DNA from: a virus
Lineage: Duplodnaviria > Caudoviricetes
IMG/VR virus record: IMGVR_UViG_3300031519_000222
Location: 1 to 24,167 of that record
Reading direction: 5' to 3' (one strand)
DNA length: 24,167 nt
Shown: positions 8,241 to 17,098 of the stretch, one piece after another
Position numbering within the stretch: the stretch's first letter is position 1
Layout of the letters: every line of letters begins with the position of its first letter
Program-made: the position numbers and the translations under genes
Notes under the pieces: generated by a model
What the model saw: the letters and a program-made list of their open reading frames with translations, nothing else
Databases searched by the model: none
Told to the model about the DNA's origin: nothing

Positions 8241-8248
8241 TATTTATA
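8241..8248 (-). promoter_or_regulatory. T4-type late promoter TATAAATA (minus strand)
   Basis: Plus-strand tatttata. Intergenic, 5 nt upstream of the GTG at 8235. Confidence 0.65.
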
Positions 8249-8257
8249 ACTTATTAT

Positions 8258-8265
8258 GATAAATA
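8258..8265 (+). promoter_or_regulatory. Late promoter GATAAATA
   Basis: Intergenic. TGATAAATAGTACAA (8257-8271) is identical to 17435-17449. Confidence 0.7.
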
Positions 8266-8286
8266 GTACAATATAAAGAGTTTATT

Positions 8287-9444
8287 ATGAGCCAAAGCGA
8301 CCACAAATTATACTTATATGATAATAATATCGACCTAGTAATTGGTACAGACGGCCTATACGTGGATAACAGACCTATGAATAACAGAAAACTAATAGCC
8401 CATAAAGGCTTAACAAACGAATTAATATTCAGTATTAGAAACAGAGATCGAAAACTGCAAAATGTTTTTAGTGATACTTTAAGTGCTTATCTTATTAATC
8501 CTACAACTAAAAGACGATTGTTCTATAAACTTTTAGAGCATACTAGTAATGTAGGACAAGTTAAATTGGTCTTAGATGAAGGCGATTTAAGAAATGTCAC
8601 AGCAGGATTATACAGAATCTATGTTGCAAAGCAAGATGTCTCAGGTATAGATAAACCTGTATATTCAGATCAAAATAATGGTATGGTATTTGATATACAG
8701 ATTACAGAACAAATAGACCAGTCACCGACGCCTACTCAAAGTGCTAATACATTTTTGCAAGTATCATCGACAAGTGACGGCGACCCAGCAAATGTTTTTA
8801 CAACTAGTGCCTTCTCAGGTAATCAAGATAGAAACTTTCCAAATGGATTACATAGTTTAGCAATATATCCAGATGCTTATACAGGTAATTTAGATGTTCA
8901 AGCAAGTTTAGTTGAAAGTGTTCCAAGTACAAATAATTTAAGTACAGATTGGGTAACTTTAGAAAGTAATATACAAATATTTCATAAATTTTTAACAACA
9001 GGTAATGTAATTATTACTGATAGTAATATACAAACAAGTACAGGAAGTGTAACTAGTTTAGGGTTACAGTCTATTACAATTACAGATAATGAAAATAGTA
9101 ATACAGAAATTAACTCGTCAAATGTTAATTTAACTTCTGCAACTACACTAGCAAATGTAGTATCACTTATAAACTTAGCAGGGAACACGAATGCAAATGT
9201 AGTAGCAAGTGTAGTCTCTACAGAAGACACTGATGCTAATACTAAAAAATATCAACTAAGACTAGCAGGTATGAATTATACCTTAACTGGCCAAAGTATA
9301 GCAAATGTTGGTATTATTGCAGATACTTATAAAAAACCTGTATCTAATATTGTTACTAAAAACTATACTATTAATGCAAACTGGATTAGGGTTTTATATA
9401 CACCTACTTCCGGTAACATATCACAAGTACAAGTAAGAAACTAG
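8287..9444 (+). CDS. Putative virion structural protein (385 aa, beta-rich, T/S/N-rich)
   Basis: Follows a late promoter. Beta-strand-rich with a Thr/Ser/Asn-rich C-terminal half, like tail or baseplate accessory proteins. Confidence 0.6.
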   Translation: MSQSDHKLYLYDNNIDLVIGTDGLYVDNRPMNNRKLIAHKGLTNELIFSIRNRDRKLQNVFSDTLSAYLINPTTKRRLFYKLLEHTSNVGQVKLVLDEGDLRNVTAGLYRIYVAKQDVSGIDKPVYSDQNNGMVFDIQITEQIDQSPTPTQSANTFLQVSSTSDGDPANVFTTSAFSGNQDRNFPNGLHSLAIYPDAYTGNLDVQASLVESVPSTNNLSTDWVTLESNIQIFHKFLTTGNVIITDSNIQTSTGSVTSLGLQSITITDNENSNTEINSSNVNLTSATTLANVVSLINLAGNTNANVVASVVSTEDTDANTKKYQLRLAGMNYTLTGQSIANVGIIADTYKKPVSNIVTKNYTINANWIRVLYTPTSGNISQVQVRN

Positions 9445-9473
9445 TTGACTTTTAATATTATATCCTGTATAAT
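9445..9473 (+). promoter_or_regulatory. Sigma70-type promoter (TTGACT-N17-TATAAT) for primase
   Basis: -35 at 9445-9450, -10 at 9468-9473. The primase ATG is only 6 nt downstream and has no SD. Confidence 0.7.
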
Positions 9474-9479
9474 AATACT

Positions 9480-10457
9480 ATGGATATAGACTTTTTAGTT
9501 GAGAGTGTACACCGCCTTCTTTTAGATAATTTGCCTGTTAAGACAAGCAAAACTCCTAGTGGCTGGCATACAATGAACTGTCCTATGTGTTCTGATAAAA
9601 GAAGACGTGGCGGTTTAATTAGTACTGGCGCAAAAATATCCTATAACTGTTTTAATTGTGGCTTTACAACTGGTTGGGAACCTAACCCTACCTTAGGTAA
9701 AAAGTTTAAAGACTTAGCAACTAGATTGGGTGCAACTGAAGAAGATGTACACAAGGTCACAATTGAATTATTGAAATATACAGAGGATTTAGAAGTTGAA
9801 AGTACTTCAGATTATGTATATACAATAGCAAAATTTAATACAATAGAATTACCTAAAAAAGTTTCCACAGTAGAAGATTTAAAAATAGATCATCCTGTAA
9901 GACTTTATGCAGAACAAAGAGGACTACTTGGTCTATATCCATTGCTATATTTTAATGAAAATTTATATAAGCAACGACTAGTAGTCCCTTTTACTTATAA
10001 TGGAGAATTAGTAGGTTGGACAGCAAGACATATTGCTCCCCCTGATAAGACAACACCTAAGTATCTACACAATATGCAACCGGGTTATGTTTTTAATGTA
10101 GATAAGTTTGCTGATACAGAAAGAGAAATAGTTATAGTGACAGAAGGAGTTTTTGATGCTATAATGGTTGATGGTATTGCTATACAAGGTAATAGTGTAG
10201 GGCCTGAACAAGCACATCTGATAGAGAAATTAGGCAAAAGAATAATAGTATGCCCTGACAGAGACCAAGCAGGTGTAGACTTAATGTTGCAGGCCGCTGA
10301 ACTAGGGTGGGAAGTAAGTTTCCCGCCTTGGCATGTTGATTGTAAAGATGCCGCAGATGCTGTAAATATGTATGGTAGATTAGCAACCGTAAGTAGTATT
10401 ATTAAACATGCTACAGGTAATAAACTTAAGATAGAAGTTAAGGCAAAAATGATATGA
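9480..10457 (+). CDS. DNA primase (T4 gp61/DnaG-like)
   Basis: Zn ribbon CPMC...NCFNC. TOPRIM motifs TEGVFDA, PDRDQAG and KDAADA. Confidence 0.9.
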   Translation: MDIDFLVESVHRLLLDNLPVKTSKTPSGWHTMNCPMCSDKRRRGGLISTGAKISYNCFNCGFTTGWEPNPTLGKKFKDLATRLGATEEDVHKVTIELLKYTEDLEVESTSDYVYTIAKFNTIELPKKVSTVEDLKIDHPVRLYAEQRGLLGLYPLLYFNENLYKQRLVVPFTYNGELVGWTARHIAPPDKTTPKYLHNMQPGYVFNVDKFADTEREIVIVTEGVFDAIMVDGIAIQGNSVGPEQAHLIEKLGKRIIVCPDRDQAGVDLMLQAAELGWEVSFPPWHVDCKDAADAVNMYGRLATVSSIIKHATGNKLKIEVKAKMI

Positions 10458-11227
10458 AAGAAAAGATAGATCATATGAAAATAGTAGCAAACGGTTGTAG
10501 TTTTACTTATGGGCATAAGGATTCCGTTAATAATCAGGCGCCTAGTTGGGTATGGCCTAGTCTCTTTAAAGATATGAAAGAGATTACAAAGGTTGTTAAT
10601 CTAGCAGTGGAAGGAGCATCTAACGACAGAGTAGTAAGAACAAGTATAGAATACTTTGAAAAGAATAAAGGAATAGATTTAAATAATACAATTTTAGTAG
10701 TACAACATCCTACGCCTAATAGAGGGGAATGGTTTCACATTAAAAATAAATTATGGATAGGATATGTAACCACAATGGAAGATGTCTTATATGATATAAG
10801 TATAACTGACTACACTAAAGAAGATTTGGAACAAATTAGAATAGATACAAAAATAGAAAGAAAGGTATTCGATCAATACAAGGCAATTGTGGAATCAGAC
10901 ATAACTGAAATAATTAAATATTTTAAGAATATTATATTATTGCAAACATATTGTAAACAAAAAGGAATAAAACTTTTACAAGTAGGATTATCAGCAAGAT
11001 GTCTGCCTAGATTTCACTTTAAAGAGACTAGACAATCTATTTCAAACAATATTTTTTGTAAAGAATTATATAAAATGATAGACGAATCTATAATATGTGA
11101 TAGGTTTTTAACAGATATAGCAAAAGGTAATGAAGAAAGTCCTGACGATGGGCATCCAAACGAAGTAGGGCATGACTTAATTTTTAGATATATATACAAT
11201 GAGATAAAGAAAAGATGGCAGATATAA
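10454..11227 (+). CDS. SGNH/GDSL-like hydrolase or acyltransferase
   Basis: Block I NGCSFTYG, block II NLAVEGASN, block V DGHPNEVGH. Confidence 0.75.
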   Translation: MKEKIDHMKIVANGCSFTYGHKDSVNNQAPSWVWPSLFKDMKEITKVVNLAVEGASNDRVVRTSIEYFEKNKGIDLNNTILVVQHPTPNRGEWFHIKNKLWIGYVTTMEDVLYDISITDYTKEDLEQIRIDTKIERKVFDQYKAIVESDITEIIKYFKNIILLQTYCKQKGIKLLQVGLSARCLPRFHFKETRQSISNNIFCKELYKMIDESIICDRFLTDIAKGNEESPDDGHPNEVGHDLIFRYIYNEIKKRWQI

Positions 11228-12597
11228 AACAATACAACGAAGAAACACAAGAATTATTTTTAAGATTCTTATTAAGCGACCCTGACTTATTTGCAAGGTG
11301 CCAAAACATTGTAAACCCTGTTTACTTTAATATGAAGTATAGAAAGGCAGTAGAACTTTTTGTATCTCATAGTATAGATTTTAATGCTATTCCTACGCCA
11401 GAACAGGTTAGTGCGGTAGCAGGAATACAATTAGAACCTATTCCTAGTGTAACCTCTGATCATCATGAATGGTTTATGAATGAGTTCGAAACATTTTGTA
11501 GGCATAAAGCATTAGAGAAAGCAATAATTGAAAGCACTGACTTATTAGAGAATCAGGACTACGGTACTGTAGAAAATAAGATAAAAGAAGCCAGCCAAGT
11601 AGGCCTAGTAAAGGACTTAGGATTAGAATACTTTGAAAATCCCAAAGAAAGATTAGAATGGATTAAAGAACAGTCAGGTGCCATTAGCACAGGCTGGAAG
11701 GGCATAGATCACAAACTATACGGTGGCTTGAATAGAGGCGAGATGACTATTTTTGCTGGTGGATCAGGTGCAGGTAAGAGTTTATTTTTACAAAACTTTG
11801 CTGTAAATTGGGCACTAGCAGGTATGAACGCAGTATATATTAGTTTAGAGCTCAGTGAGCAACTTATTAGTATGAGATTAGACAGTATGGTATCTGGTTA
11901 TGGCACAAAAGAAATCATGCGTAACATAGATGATGTAGATCTAAAAGTTCGTATGAAAGGAAAAGGTGCTGGTAAATTAAGAGTAAAACAAATGCCTAAT
12001 GGTGTTAATGTAAATGATATAAGAGTATTTTTACGAGAGTATGAAATATCCTGTGGGGAAAAAGTAGATTGTTTACTTGTTGATTACTTAGATCTTATGA
12101 TGCCTATAAGTAACAAAGTAAGTGGTAGTGATTTGTTTATTAAAGACAAATATGTATCTGAGGAGTTGCGTAACTTAGCAATGGAAAAAGACTTACTATT
12201 TGTTACAGCATCACAGTTGAATAGAGGAGCAGTAGAAGAAATAGAATTTGATCATCATCATATTGCAGGTGGTATTAGTAAAATACAAACAGCAGATAAT
12301 GTTGTAGGTATTTTTACTAGTAATGCTATGCGAGAAAAAGGCAGATATCAGATACAGTTTATGAAAACACGTTCTAGTAGTGGAGTAGGCACAAAAGTAG
12401 ATTTAAAGTTTGATCCAGATACATTAAGAATTGTAGACTTAGAAGAAGGGGATGAAGATTCCAATACAATTACAACAACCAGTTTAGTTGATCAGTTAAA
12501 AAGAGGTAATTCTATAAAAGCAGATGAATCTGAACAAAAAGATACTATAGGGCAAGCCATGAACATGCGTGAGTTCCTGAAAAAGAATGACTTATAA
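11215..12597 (+). CDS. Replicative DNA helicase (DnaB/T4 gp41-like)
   Basis: Walker A GGSGAGKS, SLELSE, Walker B VDYLDL, TASQLNR and KTR arginine finger. Confidence 0.93.
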   Translation: MADIKQYNEETQELFLRFLLSDPDLFARCQNIVNPVYFNMKYRKAVELFVSHSIDFNAIPTPEQVSAVAGIQLEPIPSVTSDHHEWFMNEFETFCRHKALEKAIIESTDLLENQDYGTVENKIKEASQVGLVKDLGLEYFENPKERLEWIKEQSGAISTGWKGIDHKLYGGLNRGEMTIFAGGSGAGKSLFLQNFAVNWALAGMNAVYISLELSEQLISMRLDSMVSGYGTKEIMRNIDDVDLKVRMKGKGAGKLRVKQMPNGVNVNDIRVFLREYEISCGEKVDCLLVDYLDLMMPISNKVSGSDLFIKDKYVSEELRNLAMEKDLLFVTASQLNRGAVEEIEFDHHHIAGGISKIQTADNVVGIFTSNAMREKGRYQIQFMKTRSSSGVGTKVDLKFDPDTLRIVDLEEGDEDSNTITTTSLVDQLKRGNSIKADESEQKDTIGQAMNMREFLKKNDL

Positions 12598-12598
12598 T

Positions 12599-12606
12599 GA
12601 TAAATA
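12599..12606 (+). promoter_or_regulatory. Late promoter GATAAATA
   Basis: Intergenic, right after the helicase stop and upstream of a GGAG RBS and ATG 12634. Confidence 0.65.
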
Positions 12607-12633
12607 GCATTATACATATTTTTTGGAGACATA

Positions 12634-12900
12634 ATGCCTAAGGCTAAAAGTATATTAGAAGAATTAAATCAAATATCAGTAGATAGAGATAAAAATCATG
12701 TAACATCTAACAGAGGTGAAAACATAATTACTAGTGCAATAAATTTGTTAGAACAAATTGATTTAAACTATGATGAAAAAACTGCTAAAGATTTAACTAA
12801 TAGACTTATCAATAGTATAAGAGGCAGAGACGTTAAAAAATTCTCCAGAGGTATCAAAAAAGTAATAAAAGAATCTCAGAGAGAAAAAAATGCTGATTAA
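12634..12900 (+). CDS. Conserved phage late protein (88 aa)
   Basis: Late promoter plus GGAG RBS. Helical protein starting MPKAKSILEE. Confidence 0.8.
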   Translation: MPKAKSILEELNQISVDRDKNHVTSNRGENIITSAINLLEQIDLNYDEKTAKDLTNRLINSIRGRDVKKFSRGIKKVIKESQREKNAD

Positions 12901-13633
12901 CGAAGTAATAAGCCAAGCAAATAAATTCCCTTTATTAGAAGCAGATCTTATCAAAGATAAGCAACAGGTCGAACACAAAGGCATAAAATATACATGGTCT
13001 GAAACAGAGCAAGAATTTAAAGGTGGTAAATACCCTCAAGGTGTGCCACAAGGCGAGATGTTAGAATATATGATTTTGCGTTCCGCAGGTATTGTAAGAC
13101 GAGACGGTGAACTGCAGGGTACGATGGCCAAACGTTTTTCTGCCAACGTCAAGGCACAACTTAAAGGCCTAAACCCTTTTAACAAATCTGGAGACGAGCC
13201 TAATAAAGAACCAGGCGCTATTAGAAATGCAATGAAAGATATGAAAGGACAGAACTTTTCTAGAGCTGTTGGAACTGGAATAGGTTCTCTTGTAGGTTCA
13301 GGTATAGATAGATTATTAAAGGGCAAAAAACAAACAGTTGGAAAAAAATTCCACTTTATATCTGGAAAAGGTAACCCAGTGAATGCTACTCTAGTAAAAG
13401 CATTTTTCCCTAAAGGCAAAGGCAAATCTGAACCTGTACAACTTAAATTAGAAAAAGGCGGCAGGTTACTAGCAGTAGGTTCTGATAAACTGATACCAGG
13501 TTGGTATGATGCTAGTAAGAAAGCCAATAAGCCTACAACTCCAAAACCAGATAATTCAGGGCCTAGTTTTAATAATGCCCAAGATAATTTAGATCCTAAC
13601 GTAGACTACGACACGCCACCAAATCTAAGGTAA
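12890..13633 (+). CDS. Putative internal head protein (247 aa, Lys/Gly-rich)
   Basis: N-terminus MLINEVIS...PLLEA resembles a capsid-targeting/protease leader. Glycine-zipper-like segment AVGTGIGSLVGSGI. Confidence 0.65.
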   Translation: MLINEVISQANKFPLLEADLIKDKQQVEHKGIKYTWSETEQEFKGGKYPQGVPQGEMLEYMILRSAGIVRRDGELQGTMAKRFSANVKAQLKGLNPFNKSGDEPNKEPGAIRNAMKDMKGQNFSRAVGTGIGSLVGSGIDRLLKGKKQTVGKKFHFISGKGNPVNATLVKAFFPKGKGKSEPVQLKLEKGGRLLAVGSDKLIPGWYDASKKANKPTTPKPDNSGPSFNNAQDNLDPNVDYDTPPNLR

Positions 13634-14889
13634 TGAAATTTTTAGATATTTCAAGTAGTTTCATAAAAGAAATTATATTAGAAGCAGAAAATAAAAATAC
13701 TCACTTAGAGCATTTAGAAGATAATATTTTTAATAAAGGATATAAAGGAGCCAAAGAAGCAATAGACTATCTATATAGTTTACACGAAATGCTAGAAGGC
13801 AACTCAGAAAGTCCTGTAAGTATGACAACTAAATGGGACGGAGCACCTGCCATTATAGCAGGTAGAGATCCAGAAACAGGTAAATTTTTTGTAGGTACTA
13901 AAGGTGTATTTGCACTGAAACCTAAAATAAACTTTACAGAAAAAGATATAGAAGAAAATCATCCTGGTGAAGGGCTACAACAAAAATTAAAAGTTGCTTT
14001 GAAAACACTTAGCACATTAAATTGGAATACAGTGGCACAAGGCGATATGTTATTTTCAAAAGAAGATCTACAACAAACAAATATAGATGGTGATGAAGTT
14101 ATAATATTCAAACCTAACACTATTGTTTATGCTGTGCCTACAGATAGCGATCTAGCAAAACAAGTTACTAGTGCTGACATTGGTATAGTATGGCATACAG
14201 AGTATGTAGGAGGGCCTACGTTAGCCGATACTAGGGCTAAGTACGGCTTTGATAGTAAGGTACTAGGCCAAAGTTCTAAAGTGTGGCATAGAGATGCCTT
14301 AATTAAAGACTTCTCAGGAGTTGTAACTTTAACTAAAGATGAAAGTCAAGAAGTTATGGGTTCTATTAGAGAGGCAGATGCATATTTAAAAAATATAGAC
14401 TCTGCTACATTTAATTGGTTAGAGCAAGGTAATGACTTAATAGGTAAAGACTTCTTACAACAGTTAAAGGCACATGTTAATAATAATATTAGAGCAGGAG
14501 CATTTGATAATCCTACAAAATTTGCACAAGGGTTTGTACAAAAGTATGTAACATTCATGCAAAAGAAAATAGATGGATACAAGACTCAGGCAAAGCAAGA
14601 TGAGATGAACGATAAGTTAGTACAAGGTGTGAAGTTTATAAAACAACATGTACCAAGTATTGTGAGTGTATATGATTTATATTTAAAAATTATACATTCT
14701 AAAATTCTTATAGTAAAAAAATTAGAAACAATTAGACAATTGCCTACATTTAAAGAAACTGAAAATGGATACGAGGTAACAGGCGAAGAAGGATTTGTAG
14801 CAGTGGATAGAATGGGTAATGCACTTAAACTAGTAGATAGATTAGAGTTTAGTAGACTAAACTTTGGTACAGGAGTACCAGGCAAATGA
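13633..14889 (+). CDS. Covalent-nucleotidyltransferase/RNA-ligase-like protein (DUF6267-like)
   Basis: KNTHLEHLED, motif I TKWDG (KxDG), motif III QGD, motif IV EGFV, motif V KLV, then DRLEFS. Confidence 0.7.
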   Translation: MKFLDISSSFIKEIILEAENKNTHLEHLEDNIFNKGYKGAKEAIDYLYSLHEMLEGNSESPVSMTTKWDGAPAIIAGRDPETGKFFVGTKGVFALKPKINFTEKDIEENHPGEGLQQKLKVALKTLSTLNWNTVAQGDMLFSKEDLQQTNIDGDEVIIFKPNTIVYAVPTDSDLAKQVTSADIGIVWHTEYVGGPTLADTRAKYGFDSKVLGQSSKVWHRDALIKDFSGVVTLTKDESQEVMGSIREADAYLKNIDSATFNWLEQGNDLIGKDFLQQLKAHVNNNIRAGAFDNPTKFAQGFVQKYVTFMQKKIDGYKTQAKQDEMNDKLVQGVKFIKQHVPSIVSVYDLYLKIIHSKILIVKKLETIRQLPTFKETENGYEVTGEEGFVAVDRMGNALKLVDRLEFSRLNFGTGVPGK

Positions 14890-16022
14890 ACAGCATGACG
14901 TTAGATCAAATGTTACCAAAGTTAACAAAAGATATGCAAAACACTGGTACTGGAAATAATCATCATATGGATTGGCTTGGATGGGTAAGTAAAAATAAAG
15001 TTTTTAAATTAAAAACTATTCCTATAGACTCTGTAGCACCAGCAGATGGGTTAGTACTTAACCAAAATAACATAGATAATATGGCTAAAAGTGATTTGAG
15101 TAATGCTCCTGTTCTTGTAGTTCATAAAGATGGCGCCATTATTGATGGCAATCATAGACATCAAGCATTAAAGAAACAGGGTGCTCAAACAATACAAGCC
15201 TACGTAGGCGAGAGTAAAATGGATTTAAAATTAGTTAATCAAGAAATATCAGAAGCAAGATTATATAGAACAACTAGAAATTTTGGAAACCTCACAGGCG
15301 AAGATGTGGCATCTCTATTTTATCTTACTTCTTTATCTACGTATATGATGCTAAAGGATGATAAACAATACGAATACGCAAAGCAATATATTAAACAAAC
15401 GGTACAATACGGACCTTATACATTATTTAGAAGCCATGCAACAGATCTATATTTACTAGGTCATGTAATAAAAGACCCTGACACTAGAAATATTACACTT
15501 AAAAATCCTGTTTCAAGTAAACAGTATTTAAATAAACTAAATTTTGATAGTAGAAAGCATTATATGTTCTATAATAAATTAAAAACTTCTGGAAAGGTCC
15601 CAGGCACAGAATTTAATTCATACTTTATGAGATTAGAAAGCCAATTAAAAATTAAAGACCAAAAATATAAACAATGGCGTAGATATATTGCAGATTGGGA
15701 AAATTTAAAATATACTTCAAAACAATTAGTGACGAGCAGACTTTTACAAGAATATAGAAGACTTGGCAAGGGAAGTGAAATGGTAGGCCCTTTAAGTACA
15801 ATGACTAAGTATAGAAGTTATAGTTTAAGTGACAAATATAAACAACCTAAAACAAGTATTGCAAAAAGAACAGCAGGTACAGTAGCAGGAGCGGCCGTAG
15901 GTAGATATGCAGGCAAGAAGATCGCACAAAAATTAAATAAGAATGTTGATAAATATAAGAAGTACGGAACAGGATTAGGCGCAATAGCAGGATATTGGGC
16001 CAGTGGAAGACTAAAAAAATGA
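14886..16022 (+). CDS. ParB/Sulfiredoxin-like N-terminal domain fused to a putative head-protein domain with a C-terminal glycine zipper
   Basis: IPIDSV...PVLVV...IIDGNHRHQA...IQAYV is a ParB/Srx signature. In-frame ATG at 15219 starts MDLKLVNQEISEAR. C-terminal AGTVAGAAVG...GTGLGAIAG. Confidence 0.7.
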   Translation: MNSMTLDQMLPKLTKDMQNTGTGNNHHMDWLGWVSKNKVFKLKTIPIDSVAPADGLVLNQNNIDNMAKSDLSNAPVLVVHKDGAIIDGNHRHQALKKQGAQTIQAYVGESKMDLKLVNQEISEARLYRTTRNFGNLTGEDVASLFYLTSLSTYMMLKDDKQYEYAKQYIKQTVQYGPYTLFRSHATDLYLLGHVIKDPDTRNITLKNPVSSKQYLNKLNFDSRKHYMFYNKLKTSGKVPGTEFNSYFMRLESQLKIKDQKYKQWRRYIADWENLKYTSKQLVTSRLLQEYRRLGKGSEMVGPLSTMTKYRSYSLSDKYKQPKTSIAKRTAGTVAGAAVGRYAGKKIAQKLNKNVDKYKKYGTGLGAIAGYWASGRLKK

Positions 16023-16645
16023 AAATAAATGAAATATTATCTGAAGCATGGGTTGATTTACCCCCTGAAGAAAAGGCCAGAGAAAAGCAAAAAGCAGATA
16101 ACGAGTTTAGAGCTCTTAAAGGTATTGATTCTCCTGAATCTCAGGCACTTGCGAACGAGTTTAGAAATGCATTTAATATTACAGGTACTGTTGACTCAGC
16201 ATACGAATTAGCAAGAAGTAAAATTAGAAAATCAAATGCTACTAAAACTAAGAAAGATAAAGAAGACTTTGACAAAATGTCATCAAGGTTAGGTTTTCAA
16301 TCTGCACAAGATCAGGGAGTAAATGATACATCTAAAAGTGCTCTCGATCCTGTCTTGCCTTCTACTGACAGTGGTGGCGGCAGAGGTCAGTACACTCAGT
16401 ATAAAGATGGCACAGATAGGGCCAGTGGTTCCAGTGGCAATGATTGGGCTAAAAATACTTTTGGTAAATCTTATGTTGCACAGAAACTTGGTAAAGCAGT
16501 AAACAAAGTAAAGAATACTGAGCCTGTTAAAGCAATAACAAGAACCAAAGATAATATGAAGGGTGCATATAATTTTGTCCGAGACCGTAACAGTAATGCT
16601 GGGACATGGGATAAATTTAAACGAGCCGGATATAAATCAAGTTAG
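16019..16645 (+). CDS. Putative internal head protein (208 aa)
   Basis: Start moved to 16019 (ATGA overlap). N-terminus MKINEILSEA. Confidence 0.7.
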   Translation: MKINEILSEAWVDLPPEEKAREKQKADNEFRALKGIDSPESQALANEFRNAFNITGTVDSAYELARSKIRKSNATKTKKDKEDFDKMSSRLGFQSAQDQGVNDTSKSALDPVLPSTDSGGGRGQYTQYKDGTDRASGSSGNDWAKNTFGKSYVAQKLGKAVNKVKNTEPVKAITRTKDNMKGAYNFVRDRNSNAGTWDKFKRAGYKSS

Positions 16646-16656
16646 TTATTTTATAT

Positions 16657-16686
16657 AAATCCTCACTTGTTGGGGATTTTTTTTGA
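16657..16686 (+). terminator. Rho-independent terminator (copy 1 of a 27-bp repeat)
   Basis: AATCCTCA-cttgt-TGGGGATT stem with one G-U pair, running into an 8-nt T tract. Confidence 0.8.
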
Positions 16687-16694
16687 CTAAAAAT

Positions 16695-16702
16695 GATAAA
16701 TA
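16695..16702 (+). promoter_or_regulatory. Late promoter GATAAATA
   Basis: Just after the terminator. Followed by a short hairpin (GAGTC-atata-GGCTC) and an AGGAGA RBS. Confidence 0.7.
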
Positions 16703-16748
16703 AAAGTAACGGAGTCATATAGGCTCTAAAAATAATAGGAGAATTATA

Positions 16749-16991
16749 ATGGCACAAGCAAATCCAAACGCGGCAGTTAGAGCGGCAAACGGTTTCGTAG
16801 GCACAACTCACATCTTAGAAGTAGATGACGTAACAGCAGTAACAGTTGAAGCGGCATGTACTGAAGCACAAGCAGAAGGTTTTATAGTTGTAGCAGTCGA
16901 AGGTTTAGTAAGTGGTAATCACATCGCTGTACAAGGCGCAGGCGCAACACCTAGTATCACTGGTACTACATTAATCGCAACATTTAGTTAA
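16749..16991 (+). CDS. Small Ala/Val/Gly/Thr-rich putative virion protein (80 aa)
   Basis: Has its own late promoter, strong RBS and terminator. Composition is typical of abundant structural proteins. Confidence 0.75.
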   Translation: MAQANPNAAVRAANGFVGTTHILEVDDVTAVTVEAACTEAQAEGFIVVAVEGLVSGNHIAVQGAGATPSITGTTLIATFS

Positions 16992-17006
16992 GATTTAGTT
17001 TTATAC

Positions 17007-17036
17007 AAAAGAAGGCAGTTTATACTGCCTTTTTTT
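17007..17036 (+). terminator. Rho-independent terminator
   Basis: AAGGCAGT-ttat-ACTGCCTT perfect 8-bp stem plus T tract, preceded by an A tract. Confidence 0.85.
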
Positions 17037-17046
17037 ATGACTTTTT

Positions 17047-17054
17047 GATAAATA
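17047..17054 (+). promoter_or_regulatory. Late promoter GATAAATA
   Basis: Follows the terminator. Then hairpin GTACAA-cgat-TTGTAC (17063-17078) and an AGGAGA RBS. Confidence 0.7.
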
Positions 17055-17098
17055 CTATTAACGTACAACGATTTGTACATAAATATTAGGAGAATAAA

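Noticed and set aside
15948-15955. GATAAATA inside the ParB-fusion gene
   Set aside because: It encodes Asp-Lys-Tyr, lacks the extended GTA match and has no adjacent start codon. It could serve the 16019 gene, but chance is equally likely.
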